From assembly GCA_001949185.1 (NCBI GenBank), contig BDGG01000015.1, positions 67,036 to 131,035 on the forward strand: a stretch of DNA of 64,000 bases. The letters run 5' to 3'. This document shows positions 26,701 through 38,700 of this stretch, in pieces (the stretch's first letter is position 1; each line of letters begins with the position of its first letter). Source of the stretch: Ramazzottius varieornatus. Its lineage: Eukaryota > Animalia > Tardigrada. The notes beneath the pieces were generated by a model. It had not been told where the DNA came from, did no database searches, and worked only from the letters and a program-made list of their open reading frames with translations. Position numbers and translations under genes: made by a program.

Positions 26701-29700
26701 GGTACGGCCGACAAATCACTCGTTTCATTGCATATGCATGTTGTAGCTTCTAGTTCCGGATAGCAGAACGGACAACAGTGGGCATCTGTCTCGTCACACT
26801 GAGACAACCTGTCGTGGGATTCAGAGATGGCTGTGCGGAGAACGCTGGGCTCCAATATGAATTCTGGACCTACGCAGCTCATCTTGTCAACGGCTTGGAT
26901 GACGCCGTATGGACAGTCGCAGAGCTGTGTACTGCTGTTGCACGTGAGTCGGGTTCCATCCCTCAACACAGGACAATTGTCAAGGTAGATTTCAGCTTCA
27001 ATACCATCGCATATCAGAGAGAAAGCATCTGCAAAACTCAAATTTTGTAAAGGCTGGCTAAACCATCCGTCCAACGTTGATACGGAGATAAATATTCGAT
27101 TAGCGTGTCTTCCAAGATTTTCCCCCATTTTTTCATGTACCTCAATCTATAGAGTGAGAAGTTGGCTCGATCGGAGTAAGTTACTCTTTTCGAGACAGGG
27201 CTGTGCCAGAATGAGCTGAGGCCGTGCCTGCCTTCTGCCGCTCGCCTTTCGACCTGACTGAGTTTGGTTGGTGCGTCAAAAGTTAAGCGAAACCGCTGTC
27301 CCATGGGCTGTTCGTTCTGGTCCCTGCGCGGACTTTCTTGATTTGCGGCTTGAGTGGTCAGAACGAAAAATTTTTCCGCACTCGTTCGATCAGCCAAATT
27401 TCCGCTGTGACCTGATTGCTATTAAACAGTTGATTGACCAGATCGTTTTTCCCCTTATAAATTTTCGGTTTTTGCACTTTGGCACATGATGGCCACCGTT
27501 TTCTCGTTCGTTTTCCTTGACGTAAAACTTGGTGTGCGTTTACGGCATCAGACTGAGACTGACCTTGATCAGACGTACGGAAAATGAGTACGACTTTCCA
27601 AGCAGTTGAAACTTCGTACTCGGTTTAGTACGAAATAAAAGTCGTACCAATTTTCAGCATGGCTGTGGGCATAAATATTAATCGTAAGTTGGCCTTTTCT
27701 TGAATAAGATCTGCAAACGGTGTGCGAATGTACCGCGAAAGTAGAACCTGAGTTCTAACTTTTGGGATGCAAACCCTCTGCGAAAAACGATTTTCGTCTG
27801 GCTGGGGTAAACGCCCTCACTGCGAAAAATTAGGCATATTCTGAAAGCTGAACAAGACACTGCACATGGACATTGGACAAATTCCAGTGGCACAGCTGTA
27901 CCGGACAATCTATCAGAGAAAATGCTTAAACTACGTCTGGATGTAACGGAAGCATAGAAAATATTCTTATGTTCTTGGGGAGAAGCAATAGTGATACAAT
28001 CAACGTCAAAAATTCCGATATCACTATCCACAATTTGAGAAAATTAAAGATCTATTGCAATTCCAGTAAAATAAATCAAATAATCCGCGAACCCAAAGCC
28101 GTATCCAGTTAAGATAATTTGAGGCATAATCTGTGCGCCTTGGATCGCTACAAGTACCTCAGTTTCATTAATTTTTCAAATTATGGAAAGCGCTTTGGAA
28201 GTTTTCGACGTTTGCCGTATCACTTTTGCTTCTTTCCTAAGAACATAAAAATGTATTCTGTGCTTCCGTTGCGTTAAGACGTAGTTTGAACTAGTTTGTC
28301 CAGTCCAATTGTCCAGTAAAGCTGTTCAACCGAGAATTGTCCATGTCCAGCGTCTTGTCCAACTTTTACAACATGCCGAAAGCTCACGTACTTTTGCAAC
28401 ATTCCCCTTGAAGGAACATGTTTGTCGCTGGATCGCAGTCGCAGCATACATTGGGATCCGCGCATATGGTTGTGGTAGAAGTTGTTGGAGTAGTCATCGT
28501 CGTTGTCGTTGACGTTGTAGTCGTGGTTGTATGCGTTGTCGTCGTAGTGGGGGTGGTCGTTGTTCTCCTAGAAAATCAAATTACTGCTGCGTTTCCGCAG
28601 AAATATGCTGCACGGTACAGAAGTTAAGTTGCCACCGCTAGATGAAAGTCCGACTGTAGCTAAACCGAGCTGCAGCGTCGCTCATAATCGGCGCTGCTGG
28701 TCTGAAATTTGTATTGTTGGACAGCCCCCATGCTTCACAATGCTAGCTAACCGTAAATCCGGTTATGCTATTTTCGGAAAATAAGGAGAGCTCAGGCAAG
28801 CAAATTGTAGTTACATGTCACAAAATGGGTGGAGCAAGCCTTAGCCACAATGGGAAAGCGAACGGGAGTGGTAACTTAGCCTTTGTATTATCACTCAGTG
28901 TGTGGTTTTACTTCGTGGTTGTGGTGGTGGTAGTTGTTGTCGTTGGTGTAGTGGTAGGGGTTGTTGTTGTCTCTTCCTACGATCAAAACTGATTGCAACA
29001 GGCTTTCTCATGACGATTTCATAAACTTTTGTCCAAAAATTATGGACTGTACCGCCTGTGAAAATAGATAAGATTAACTGGATACCGTTGTTGTGGTCTC
29101 GGGAACTGTAGTCGTGGTTGTTCTAGTCGTGGGGGTTCGGGTAGTAGTTGTCGTTGTAGTTGTAGTGGTCTGCAATATAGAAACAGTGTTAACCTCTTTA
29201 TCCATCCTCGGACTACTGTCCGCATCAGATGTTCCTCGTTAGGTTTGAACGGATTTATCGTGTACAAAGTATCGAAAAGTACGAGGAGTGAGGCCTAACT
29301 TCGTCCGTTTTCGGAACTGGCGACAACTTTGTCCACTGACGATTTCTCACCTACCTTCCGCTATCGAAATCCCAAACTGATTCAGAAGGATTTTCGAACA
29401 CCTGACTTTCATCCTACTTAGTGAGAAGTGAGAGAAAATGGAAGATCATTTGGGGAGGGGGGATTCCTAGAGCGGTAGTCGTTTGGGAAATTCGTTCGAT
29501 ATTGGGTAACACGCTCCCTGCAGAGGGCACAACAAGCTGGGCCAGGTGAACCAGATATGTGCCCGACCAGGAAAAAACCCACGTTTCTGAAGGTGCGCCT
29601 AAGGTTAGCGATGACGTAACACATTTGTTTTTAGTCGGAACGCCTAAAACTTTGTCCACTTCTGAGCGGAAAATGCTTTGCTTTTGAAAACTCAGTTTTC

Positions 29701-32700
29701 CTCCGCCATCGATGGCTTCCCCTTCTTTCTCTCCCCTCATCTCGAACGGCTTACCTTGTTTGTTATAAAATTTGCGGGATACCATTCCACGAGTTCGGTG
29801 AATTCTGAAGGCCGTCCTTCTGTTGCACTATACTCAACAACCATGGATAATCCACGGAAAGAGTTCCCTCCTTGTCTCAAAGATGTTCTCCTACCCAGAT
29901 CTCCGCTTACAATGGTCGGATTAAAACCATCCAGGTATCGAACTCCATGTCAAACTAGTTCATGATTCTATCGACCGAACGAGAGAAAATAAATGAAAGG
30001 GAAAGAAATTACGCTGGTTGAACTGCAAGAATTTGTCCGTCTTCCGGTAGCGCCGGTGGCACGCGACGTCACCGGAAGGGATGACACCAAACTGAAAGAT
30101 GGTTGTTTCGAAGAAAGTTGTCTGTTGAAGCCAATTTTGCTATTCCATGCTTAGCTTTTCCCCACGTTTTTGAGTAAAATCAGAAAGAGACTTGTCTAGT
30201 TTCAGGACGATAGGTCTGTGCGAAGCGCTGTCGTCAAAGCATGCTGTACTTTGGTGCAGCAAGTTTTGATGATCATCGAATCAAGGCCTGAATTTTACGG
30301 CGCACGCGGATCGGTCAAACTTTGTCTACTTCCCTGAGTTGCCGTATGAGCGCCAGCTGACTCTGTCTAATTTTGGAACTCACAACGCCACCTGCAGGAC
30401 TTGACTGGCAAAGTAGCTCTTCGCTCCTCGAACAATAACTAAACATAGTAGTCTTCTTTCGAGGAAAAAGTTATTTGTTTGAATAAAGCAAAAGGAACAT
30501 CATGACTAAACTCTTCTCATCTGCTGATGCCGAGTACTTTCGGCCTCCTGGCTACTTCATCGTGCATTGTTCTTAAGTCACTTCTGGGGTAGCTTTCCCG
30601 TTCCAGAATGTTGCGATCGGCTCTAGATAATCCCGCTACCGGGGAAGATCAACTGATGGGATCTCTGATGCCCGGTATGTACGAGCCTGCACTCAGTCGT
30701 ACGCGTGAATCAATCGAACGTGCCAGACAGGCGATCCGATGTCAACAAGTCGAACACGCCAAGCGTGACTGTGTTCGGTGAGCAATGGCAAGACAGCTTG
30801 ACCGTGTGTTATTTGTAACGGTCACGTTCGACTGATTGACAGCTAAAAAGGCCAGGAGGCAGGAGGCCGAACGTACTCGGCATCAGCAGATCGGACAGAG
30901 CTAACAAAATGAGTTTCACACCGCAATTTTCTAGTGAAAGATGTATAAATAGCCGGCTGGGCAGAATTTGGACCTTTGATTTCTGGCCCTAGCGCGTGAA
31001 GGAAGCCGGCTGCTGTATAAATGCCGATGACAAGCAGAGCATGGCTCCTTCGCGTCCTCTACACGCACGATGAGAGAGTCTGAACCGGTAGAAAGTCTGG
31101 ACTGGTGAAAAGTCTGGACTGAGCGAAAATGACGCCAACGTAAAATTCAACCGTAGAAAATTGTCGAAAATTGCGTGAAACCGAGTGGATTTTCCTGGAA
31201 TTTTCTGCGGTTGGATCTTACAATGCCGTCTTCTTCCCTTGGTCCATACTTCCACTTCGTGCAAAAGCCCATTTATTACTTAACTTACGCTGGTTGTGGT
31301 AGTTGGCGGCGTAGTTGGAATGGTGACAGGTGTCTCCAAAATGCAAGAGATGTGGTCGTACCCGTTTTTCAAGCCGGCGCTGGTGTTACAACTGCACATC
31401 CGTATGGGCGAGAATGGTTCTCCATCAAGGTCGTCGCGCTCTGCGCACACCAGGTTCTCTTTGTGGTCGGGTATCCCACCAGGCTTTGATAAGTCATAAA
31501 CAGGAAGACTAATCGAATTGCATTCGGCCGTCTTTTCACACGTTTTTTGTAACGGAACTGCAAAGGATGAAACATATACTTGATCCATGTTCGAGACCAG
31601 AGGTATTCGTAATGCAGTCCAGGGGTCTACAGGTTATACCACCTCTTTGTTTTGCGACATTAAAGCCCCAGCTTACCTCATACCTTTAGCTCGTTCATTG
31701 TCTACAATAACTGTTGACATGGACGAAGGCGACACTGGCCAGCTAAAGTCGACCAATCGAATAAATTAATCGGAGCAGTGCCGCTTCCGCTCCACTTACA
31801 ACGGTTCTATCCATGTCAAAAGTTAGGCCAGTCGCGTATACTGATTCTGGTGCTCGGAGGATGTAGCCGCGACCAAATGACTGTTCAACTTACGAACACA
31901 GACAGGGTTGTTGGGCTCACTGCTGCCGTCGGGATACCAGTACTCGTCCGGTTTTGTGCCATCTCCGCCAACAAATCCCAGACACTCGCAGAGATTGAAG
32001 TCGTTGCACCGGGTGTGCTCGAACTTATCACACCATTTTGCATTACGTCCGGGTCCGCATTCTGCAAATATAAAATCGCATGGTTCTTACACTGACTTTA
32101 TTCCCAGCACTGGGGTTGCTGTAGTCTGCATGTAAGACAGTTATCTTTTCGCTGAGACGCCAGTATGGATCGGAGTCACATGCAGTGGAAAACTGCTAGC
32201 TTTGGTGCTTGTCGTAGCAATTGTTTAGGCCACAACTCAGACACACGCGCAAGCTGCCCCTTCGCACATCTAACGAGGGGATTTCTCCAATCCGCCGTCT
32301 CTGATCCTCAAACCGACATCACAGGTGGATAGAGAAGAGTTTTCTCTATAGTCTGAACCGGAAACCTGGTCATATTTCCGTTCCTGGAAAAAACTGCAGG
32401 AACCGGAAGTTACGTCAAAATTAGGGCGGTACTGTACATGGACCGAGGCACAATCAATAAGTTTGATTGACTCATAGTTGATTGGCCAAAATTGATTGTT
32501 CCTTCCATCATATGAGCTTGTCGCTGTCGCATGACGCATCTTTTGTTGATTCTCTCCTCCATAATCTTCCCGCAACACTGCGATGTACTCCATCAATCCC
32601 TTGAACGTGCTAAAGCTCCTGGAAGAGAAATACAAACTCCGGTATCAACCGGACGATGCGCCAAGTGAAGCGGACAAGCAGCTGAAAGACTTTATCAAAG

Positions 32701-35700
32701 GTAGGTATTTTTCCGAAGGTTCAGTGCAGAAGTAAGAGGTTTTGTTTCACCGGATTGTTGGAATATTCTAGATCTTATTGACATCAAAATTGCTCGAAGC
32801 GACAGTCCTGTGCTGGAGGTTGAAGAGGACTTGCAGGGGGACCTACAGCTCAACGGGCTAATGTTCGACGACTTTGAAAAGACGGCGGGTGATGCTAACC
32901 TGTTGAACGGTAGCGCCGAACGTTATTTGTTCGAAGATGATCGCTTGAACGAGCCCGTTACAAGTGACACTGAACCTTCGTCCCACGAAATATTTGTTCC
33001 GCGACTCCCAGATCCAAGAGTTCCGTCAAGCCAAGCTGTCAATCTCGACTACAAGAAACGTGCTATTGATTACTGGTGTAACGCTACAGCAAAGAAACGG
33101 CGGAGCTTGTCTTCAGTCCGAAACCATTTCACAAAAGTTCGGGACGAACGACAGCTAAGAGACTGGAAGAAACAGCTAGCTGAAGGCGGATCCCGATTCG
33201 ACAAATTGAAAGTCATTCGCTTGGAGACAGCAAAGCAGTACTTCATGGCCAAGCAGAAGAGACAAGTAGTTAAGGATTTTAATCTTCAACGATGGGCGAT
33301 AACCGCGAATAATGATATGGATCTACCTGGTTTCACCGCTTCGCCGTACTGGGTGTCAAAATTCAAACGGTAATTGATATCGTGCAAGAATTTGCTTATC
33401 GATTTAACGAAGGCAAATCTTCTGTGTTTGAACGTCGGCAAACGATTTCACCTGAATCGTCAGTTCAAGTAGCGCACGTTACCGTACTCAATAAGTGACA
33501 GTGGCGCCACTTGAAAAAAACGACCTTTTCCAATTTGCTGGCAGTGTTCCGATGACATTTATGCTATTTTGGCAGGTACTACGGAATAGTTGATCGAAAG
33601 ATAACGAAGTCTCTCGAAGCAGCTCCCCAAGTCAAGCAAAGTGCAGAAGAGTGTGTTGCGCTGGTCAGATCCAGAATAGCGGAGCACGGATTGGACTGTC
33701 TTTGGAACACGGATCAGTCGGGATTTGAATATGAGATGAGGCCCGGGAGAACTTTGGAGCAGAAAGGCGTGAAACACGTCGAGGCTATAACCCAGTCCGA
33801 AAATTCCATGACTCATTCCTATACCGTCATGATGACAATCTCTCCCGGCACACGAAAGTTCACGAAAGTTCCGGCATCACTGCGTCGACATCGGCAAAAA
33901 TGACGAAGAAGCTCTACCTGGAATGGTCCGAAAAAGTGTTGTTTCCGCATATGGAAGACCGCTGTATCCTTCTGGCTGACTCCTGGAAGACGTTCACCGA
34001 TCAGGACGCTGTTATCGAACTCAAGCCCGAAGAGCTGCAGTACGAGATGATCACCATACCTTCCAAAGTGACTGGTAGTATCCAGCCGTTGGATGTTCTT
34101 TGCTTCCGGATGTACAAGGGATGTTTCAAAAAGATCTCAAATTTCGTGTTTGTTAATGATATTCCTGTACATGTCCATCATAGGGACGTAATCCTAAAAC
34201 TTCATTCCTTACTGTATCAGCAGTTTCAGTCACCCAGATTCGAGAACCTAATTGTACGTGCCTGGTTCAAGTCGGGATATACGGATGAACGGGTACAGTA
34301 TGTGAACCCCGCAAGCTTCATGTTCAAGAAGCTGAATGGCCGCTGCATTCATAATAACTGTAAGAATACTGTCCTTCTGGTCTGTGGGTTGTGCAAAAGG
34401 TCGCCTCTGTTTTCACCATTTCTATGATGTTCATCATTTCTGTACCATCTACCTGCCTTAATGTTTTTCTGAATTTTCCACTAGATATCTTTACGAGGAC
34501 GGAAGTAACAGATTAACTTGTAGCGCCACCTGTGTTAAAATTTTGACGTAACTTCCGGTCCCTGCAGTTTATTCCAGGAACGGAAATATGACCAGGTTTC
34601 CGGATCAGACTATAGAGAAAGCTCTTCTCTATCCACCTGTGATGTCGGTTTGACGATCAGAGACGGCGGATTGGAAAAATCCCCTCGTAAGCTGTTTTCC
34701 GTGCTCGAATTAAAGCGTGACGGTTGTGCCCCAAACAGCTGCGCTAAGTAACTCTTTTTGGGGGGCTCAGGCAATTGTTACAACGAACAGTAAACCGCCG
34801 CCTGCTTTTCCCCAGCCGCACTATGAAACATCTGACGCTAAAATGCATTTGAAAGGAGAATGTGTCGGTTTCTCAGGTGTTTTACCTTGTATCTCATTGC
34901 AGAAGGTCGAGCTGTTGTCCGCTTCGTAGTTTTCGGGACACGAGCATAGGCCGGCCGTGCAAATCAGCTGGCCTCCGCCGGTTGGAGCAGCGGCGAATGT
35001 GGGGCAGTCATTGTCTACGCTGCATCTTTTCCCAATTGGTGCTGCGAAAAGACGTGCCTAATCTACATGCCTGATAAGCACTAGCGCAGATTTTGTCTAC
35101 TCACAGACACAATTTGGTCTTTCGTAGCTGTAGTTCCTCCCGCTAACGGAGTCATCGTGAACGAACTGCCTGGGCGGACTACACTCGCAGAGTCCTTCCT
35201 CTGAGCATAGAGTATGCTCAAAGTTCCGGCAGTGTTTCTTGTTCTTTCTACAGTCTTCAAAAGCAGAATTCTTGTTTGATTGAGGCAATCCATCGAGGTT
35301 TTACAGTCAGTTACCTGTTACGTAAACGCAGCCGGTTCGGTCTGCCTTACTAGTGTACTGATCGGGACACGAGCAGGTCCCGTTTTTACTGCTATTCGCG
35401 TTTGAGCAGACGAGCTTATAGTCTAACGTTGCATCCTGCAGTTCCTGACAGAACTCGTCGCCGGCCGTTCCAGTGGTGCAAGTTTTCTTCAGCAGACCTG
35501 TAGAACCAGTTACTTAATACATATGTAGTATACGTAAATCATATCCTTCATTTTCGGAAGTTCCAACTTCCGCCATGGAAGCCGGATTCGCAAACGAGTA
35601 GAAATTTTATCGGATCTGTATGATCTGGGAACTGAACAGCCACCAGCCGTGGGTGTAACGTCATGGTCATGCCCTGCAATATTTCGCGTGACCCTGGTGA

Positions 35701-38700
35701 CAGCATCTTCGAGGTTTCAGCTTGCTTACGTTCACCATAGGAAGTTTACGTCAGTTGGCCAGTACTTGACTGTTATATAGTATAACGTACGGCGAAAGCC
35801 ATGTGAATTTCGGGCATCCATGTTCGACATTGCCGCAAACTCTAGGCTTCTGATATCAAATTGTACAGCACTGATAAGATACGACCGACGTACGTACAGA
35901 CGCATCGGCGAGATCGAGGAAATGCTGTACACCGAATGGCTATACGCGATAGCATCGAATATAGACAGACAGTACGGTAAATATTCGCTGCATCGTACGC
36001 AATCCGCGCAGTACGTACATGTACGCAGTGCGCGGATTGGGCAATCCCTTACGGGGTTGCGCAGTCCGTAAAACTGGACCGGGGCTGTACTCCACTTGTA
36101 CGAGGACGTGCTGCGAGGATGCAGCGAATATTTACAGTATTTGCTTCCACCTTTTTTCACTCCCAGCTTTGCCTACCTCTCTGACCACCTCGTCGATTTA
36201 CTAGAAGACACATCATTGACCGAGAATCTATCTGGTAATTGAGCCCGGTCATCTCAGTAGAAACCACGCGTCCACCACCTCCTTAATTTATAGGTACCTG
36301 GCACCCCGGAATTATTATGGATTTCCGCTCAGTTTGAAAACAATGATGGTCGGACACCTTGCGTGATGGAATCTCTTATTTCCTCGTACGAATATAAAAA
36401 AGGCTGATTTTCAAAAACACTATCATGTGGCTTTTGCTCAAGTCTGAAGTATACGCTGCCAAGACCGAAAGCTGTCAGACCCGATCTAATTCACGCATTG
36501 ATTTACTGAATGAAATATACTGGCCTCGGTGTTCAAAACAAGCCAATGGGACCAGTCTGAGTGAGATGAAAAGTGCCGGCCACGATATCAGACTTCTGCG
36601 CGTGACCTTAACACGCGACTTCTCTGACGTTAAAGTGACGCCACGCACAGGTTATTGCGGGAAATTTCAGCGTAACCTACGGTACCCATTCCCAGGGCAT
36701 GCCCAAACTTTCCCTCCTGTGTCGTCAGTTTTACATCGGAAACAGCGCCTATTTTGACTGCTTTCTGCTCCAGACAGTGAGGGGGCCAACCGAAGGGATG
36801 GATGGCTATAAAATTTCCAGGTCCCGAAGATCCGGCTAGAATTCGTACGAAGCTCGCTACTGTCGGAAGCTGGCCAGTCCTCGCAAACACTTAGTACGTA
36901 CGGACACAGATGGGATGTGTTCCTTCGGCGATATGGTCTGAATTTTGCGCGTACCAGCCGGTCTCTCTGTCACATATACATGCGTCCAATGTAGTATTGC
37001 AGACTGTATGGGGTTGTCTTGGGCACAGATTTGGGTTAAGCGTGCAGTCTGCAATCAGAAGTTCCCAATCAGATGTATGTAAGCCACGGCTGCCTAATGA
37101 TGAGCATTACATTTTACATTACATTACATTTAACATTACAATTACACTTTTACACGACATTACAACCACGGGGAAGTTGTAATGTAAATGCAAAATGTAA
37201 TTACAACTTTTACCTGTCAGAATCTGCGGTATTTTTGAGTATTTTGCCGCCAGAAATCTAAAATTCGGCTGACTTGGCGGAAAGATGTCAGAAACTTCCT
37301 GAGTATGGTCATTTTGCAACCGTATTTTTATCTTTGTCTGGAAGACAATTACTAAGATCTATATCCTATGCAAACATAGACATGGCTGGTCGTCGTTTTC
37401 GTCGCTTGTCACTTTTAGGCGTTGCAAACCGCTCGGTCTGTAAAATGTAAACTAGTGTAAACGTAATTACAGTTTTACAATTACACTATTTTACATTACA
37501 CTTTACATTACACGGACCATCTGCGTGTAATGCTCATCATTACGGCTGCCATCGAAAGTTGAACTTCGAAAACTCTTACTTTGTACTTCTTCGCAGTCCG
37601 TTAAGTCATCATTCGCCTTGTAGTACATGGGGCAGGTGCATACGCCAGCGTGAGAGCAGTACAAATTGGCTGCCTGAAAACTTTTGACGCTAACGCAGTC
37701 TGCTGCTGCGGTCTGATTGCTGCAGCTCAGTGCCAGTGGCCCTGCAAAAAAAACATTGCTTCTTGCGCAAAATATCGAATATAGTCACTCAATTGTTTTC
37801 CGAAGCTTCATACGAATCGTGCATATTTGTGTTAACAAACGCACGATGAACAATCAAGATAGCGGTAGTCGTAATGCGGAAAGGTCTCCTGCAGTCAGAA
37901 TTACGTCCTGAAAACGGGTAGGGAAGAAGTAGATCTTCTCCCTCGTACTAAAAACTTTGACTTGCATTAACCAAGATTTGAAAGTTCTCAAAAAAGCGCA
38001 AAACCCGCGAAATACTCACACTGTTTTACAGAGAACGATTTACTTCGAGTCGTTGGTCTAAAACAGCGCAGCTACTGCTCCATTGCACTCCGTTTTGCAT
38101 TCTGCTGCTAATGACCGCGACTGTGACAAGAGCTCGTCGGTGGTGTCGGTGGTGAGAGGAGCCTCATCTTATTTTGCCTTGTTTCTCATGACTATGAGAA
38201 ATTTTCTCGGTTTATTCTTCATCAGTCTGATTCATCAAATTTGATTCGCTGCGTCCAGCTGGTTTCATTGACATCCATTTTCGAAAGCTTATCTTGTAAA
38301 CTGTACGAAGTTGACTCACTCTTCAAACGGAAACAGCTACAGAAAGACTTCTGGAACGAAACCAAATGTGCGAGCACTGTTTCCCCGTGCTTACCGTTCC
38401 GAATAATAAATTAGACTGCGCAAGAAACGGCCTGCTGGATGGGCACGATTTATTGTAATAATAACGCTATGGAAGCCAGCTAACTCTGTTTTAATCATCT
38501 GGGTGTGAAAGGCAACTTTTGCCTGAGTAGAATTGCTGTCTGAGCAGCTGATGGATGATCTAATCTCGGTGTAGTAGGCGAGATCTGGCGCGTACCACCG
38601 CAACCTTTCTTTTCCCTACAGTGAAATCTCTTGCTTTGGTGACGTATCGTAAGATTTCTGCATTCGCAGGAATCCGGTATACGCGGTCCCTGCTGTAGGA

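Noticed and set aside
27140-27411. Candidate exon (ORF 27038-27397) in the receptor gene
   Set aside because: Its donors are phase-incompatible with the acceptor at 27028, and 28392->27028 joins cleanly without it.
27580-27665. GTACGA motif cluster ending in CAGCATGGCTG (hAT-like end)
   Set aside because: No partner TIR or TSD found.
38020-38101. Segment with a strong GTGAGT donor
   Set aside because: Stop codons in all three frames from the nearest acceptor.
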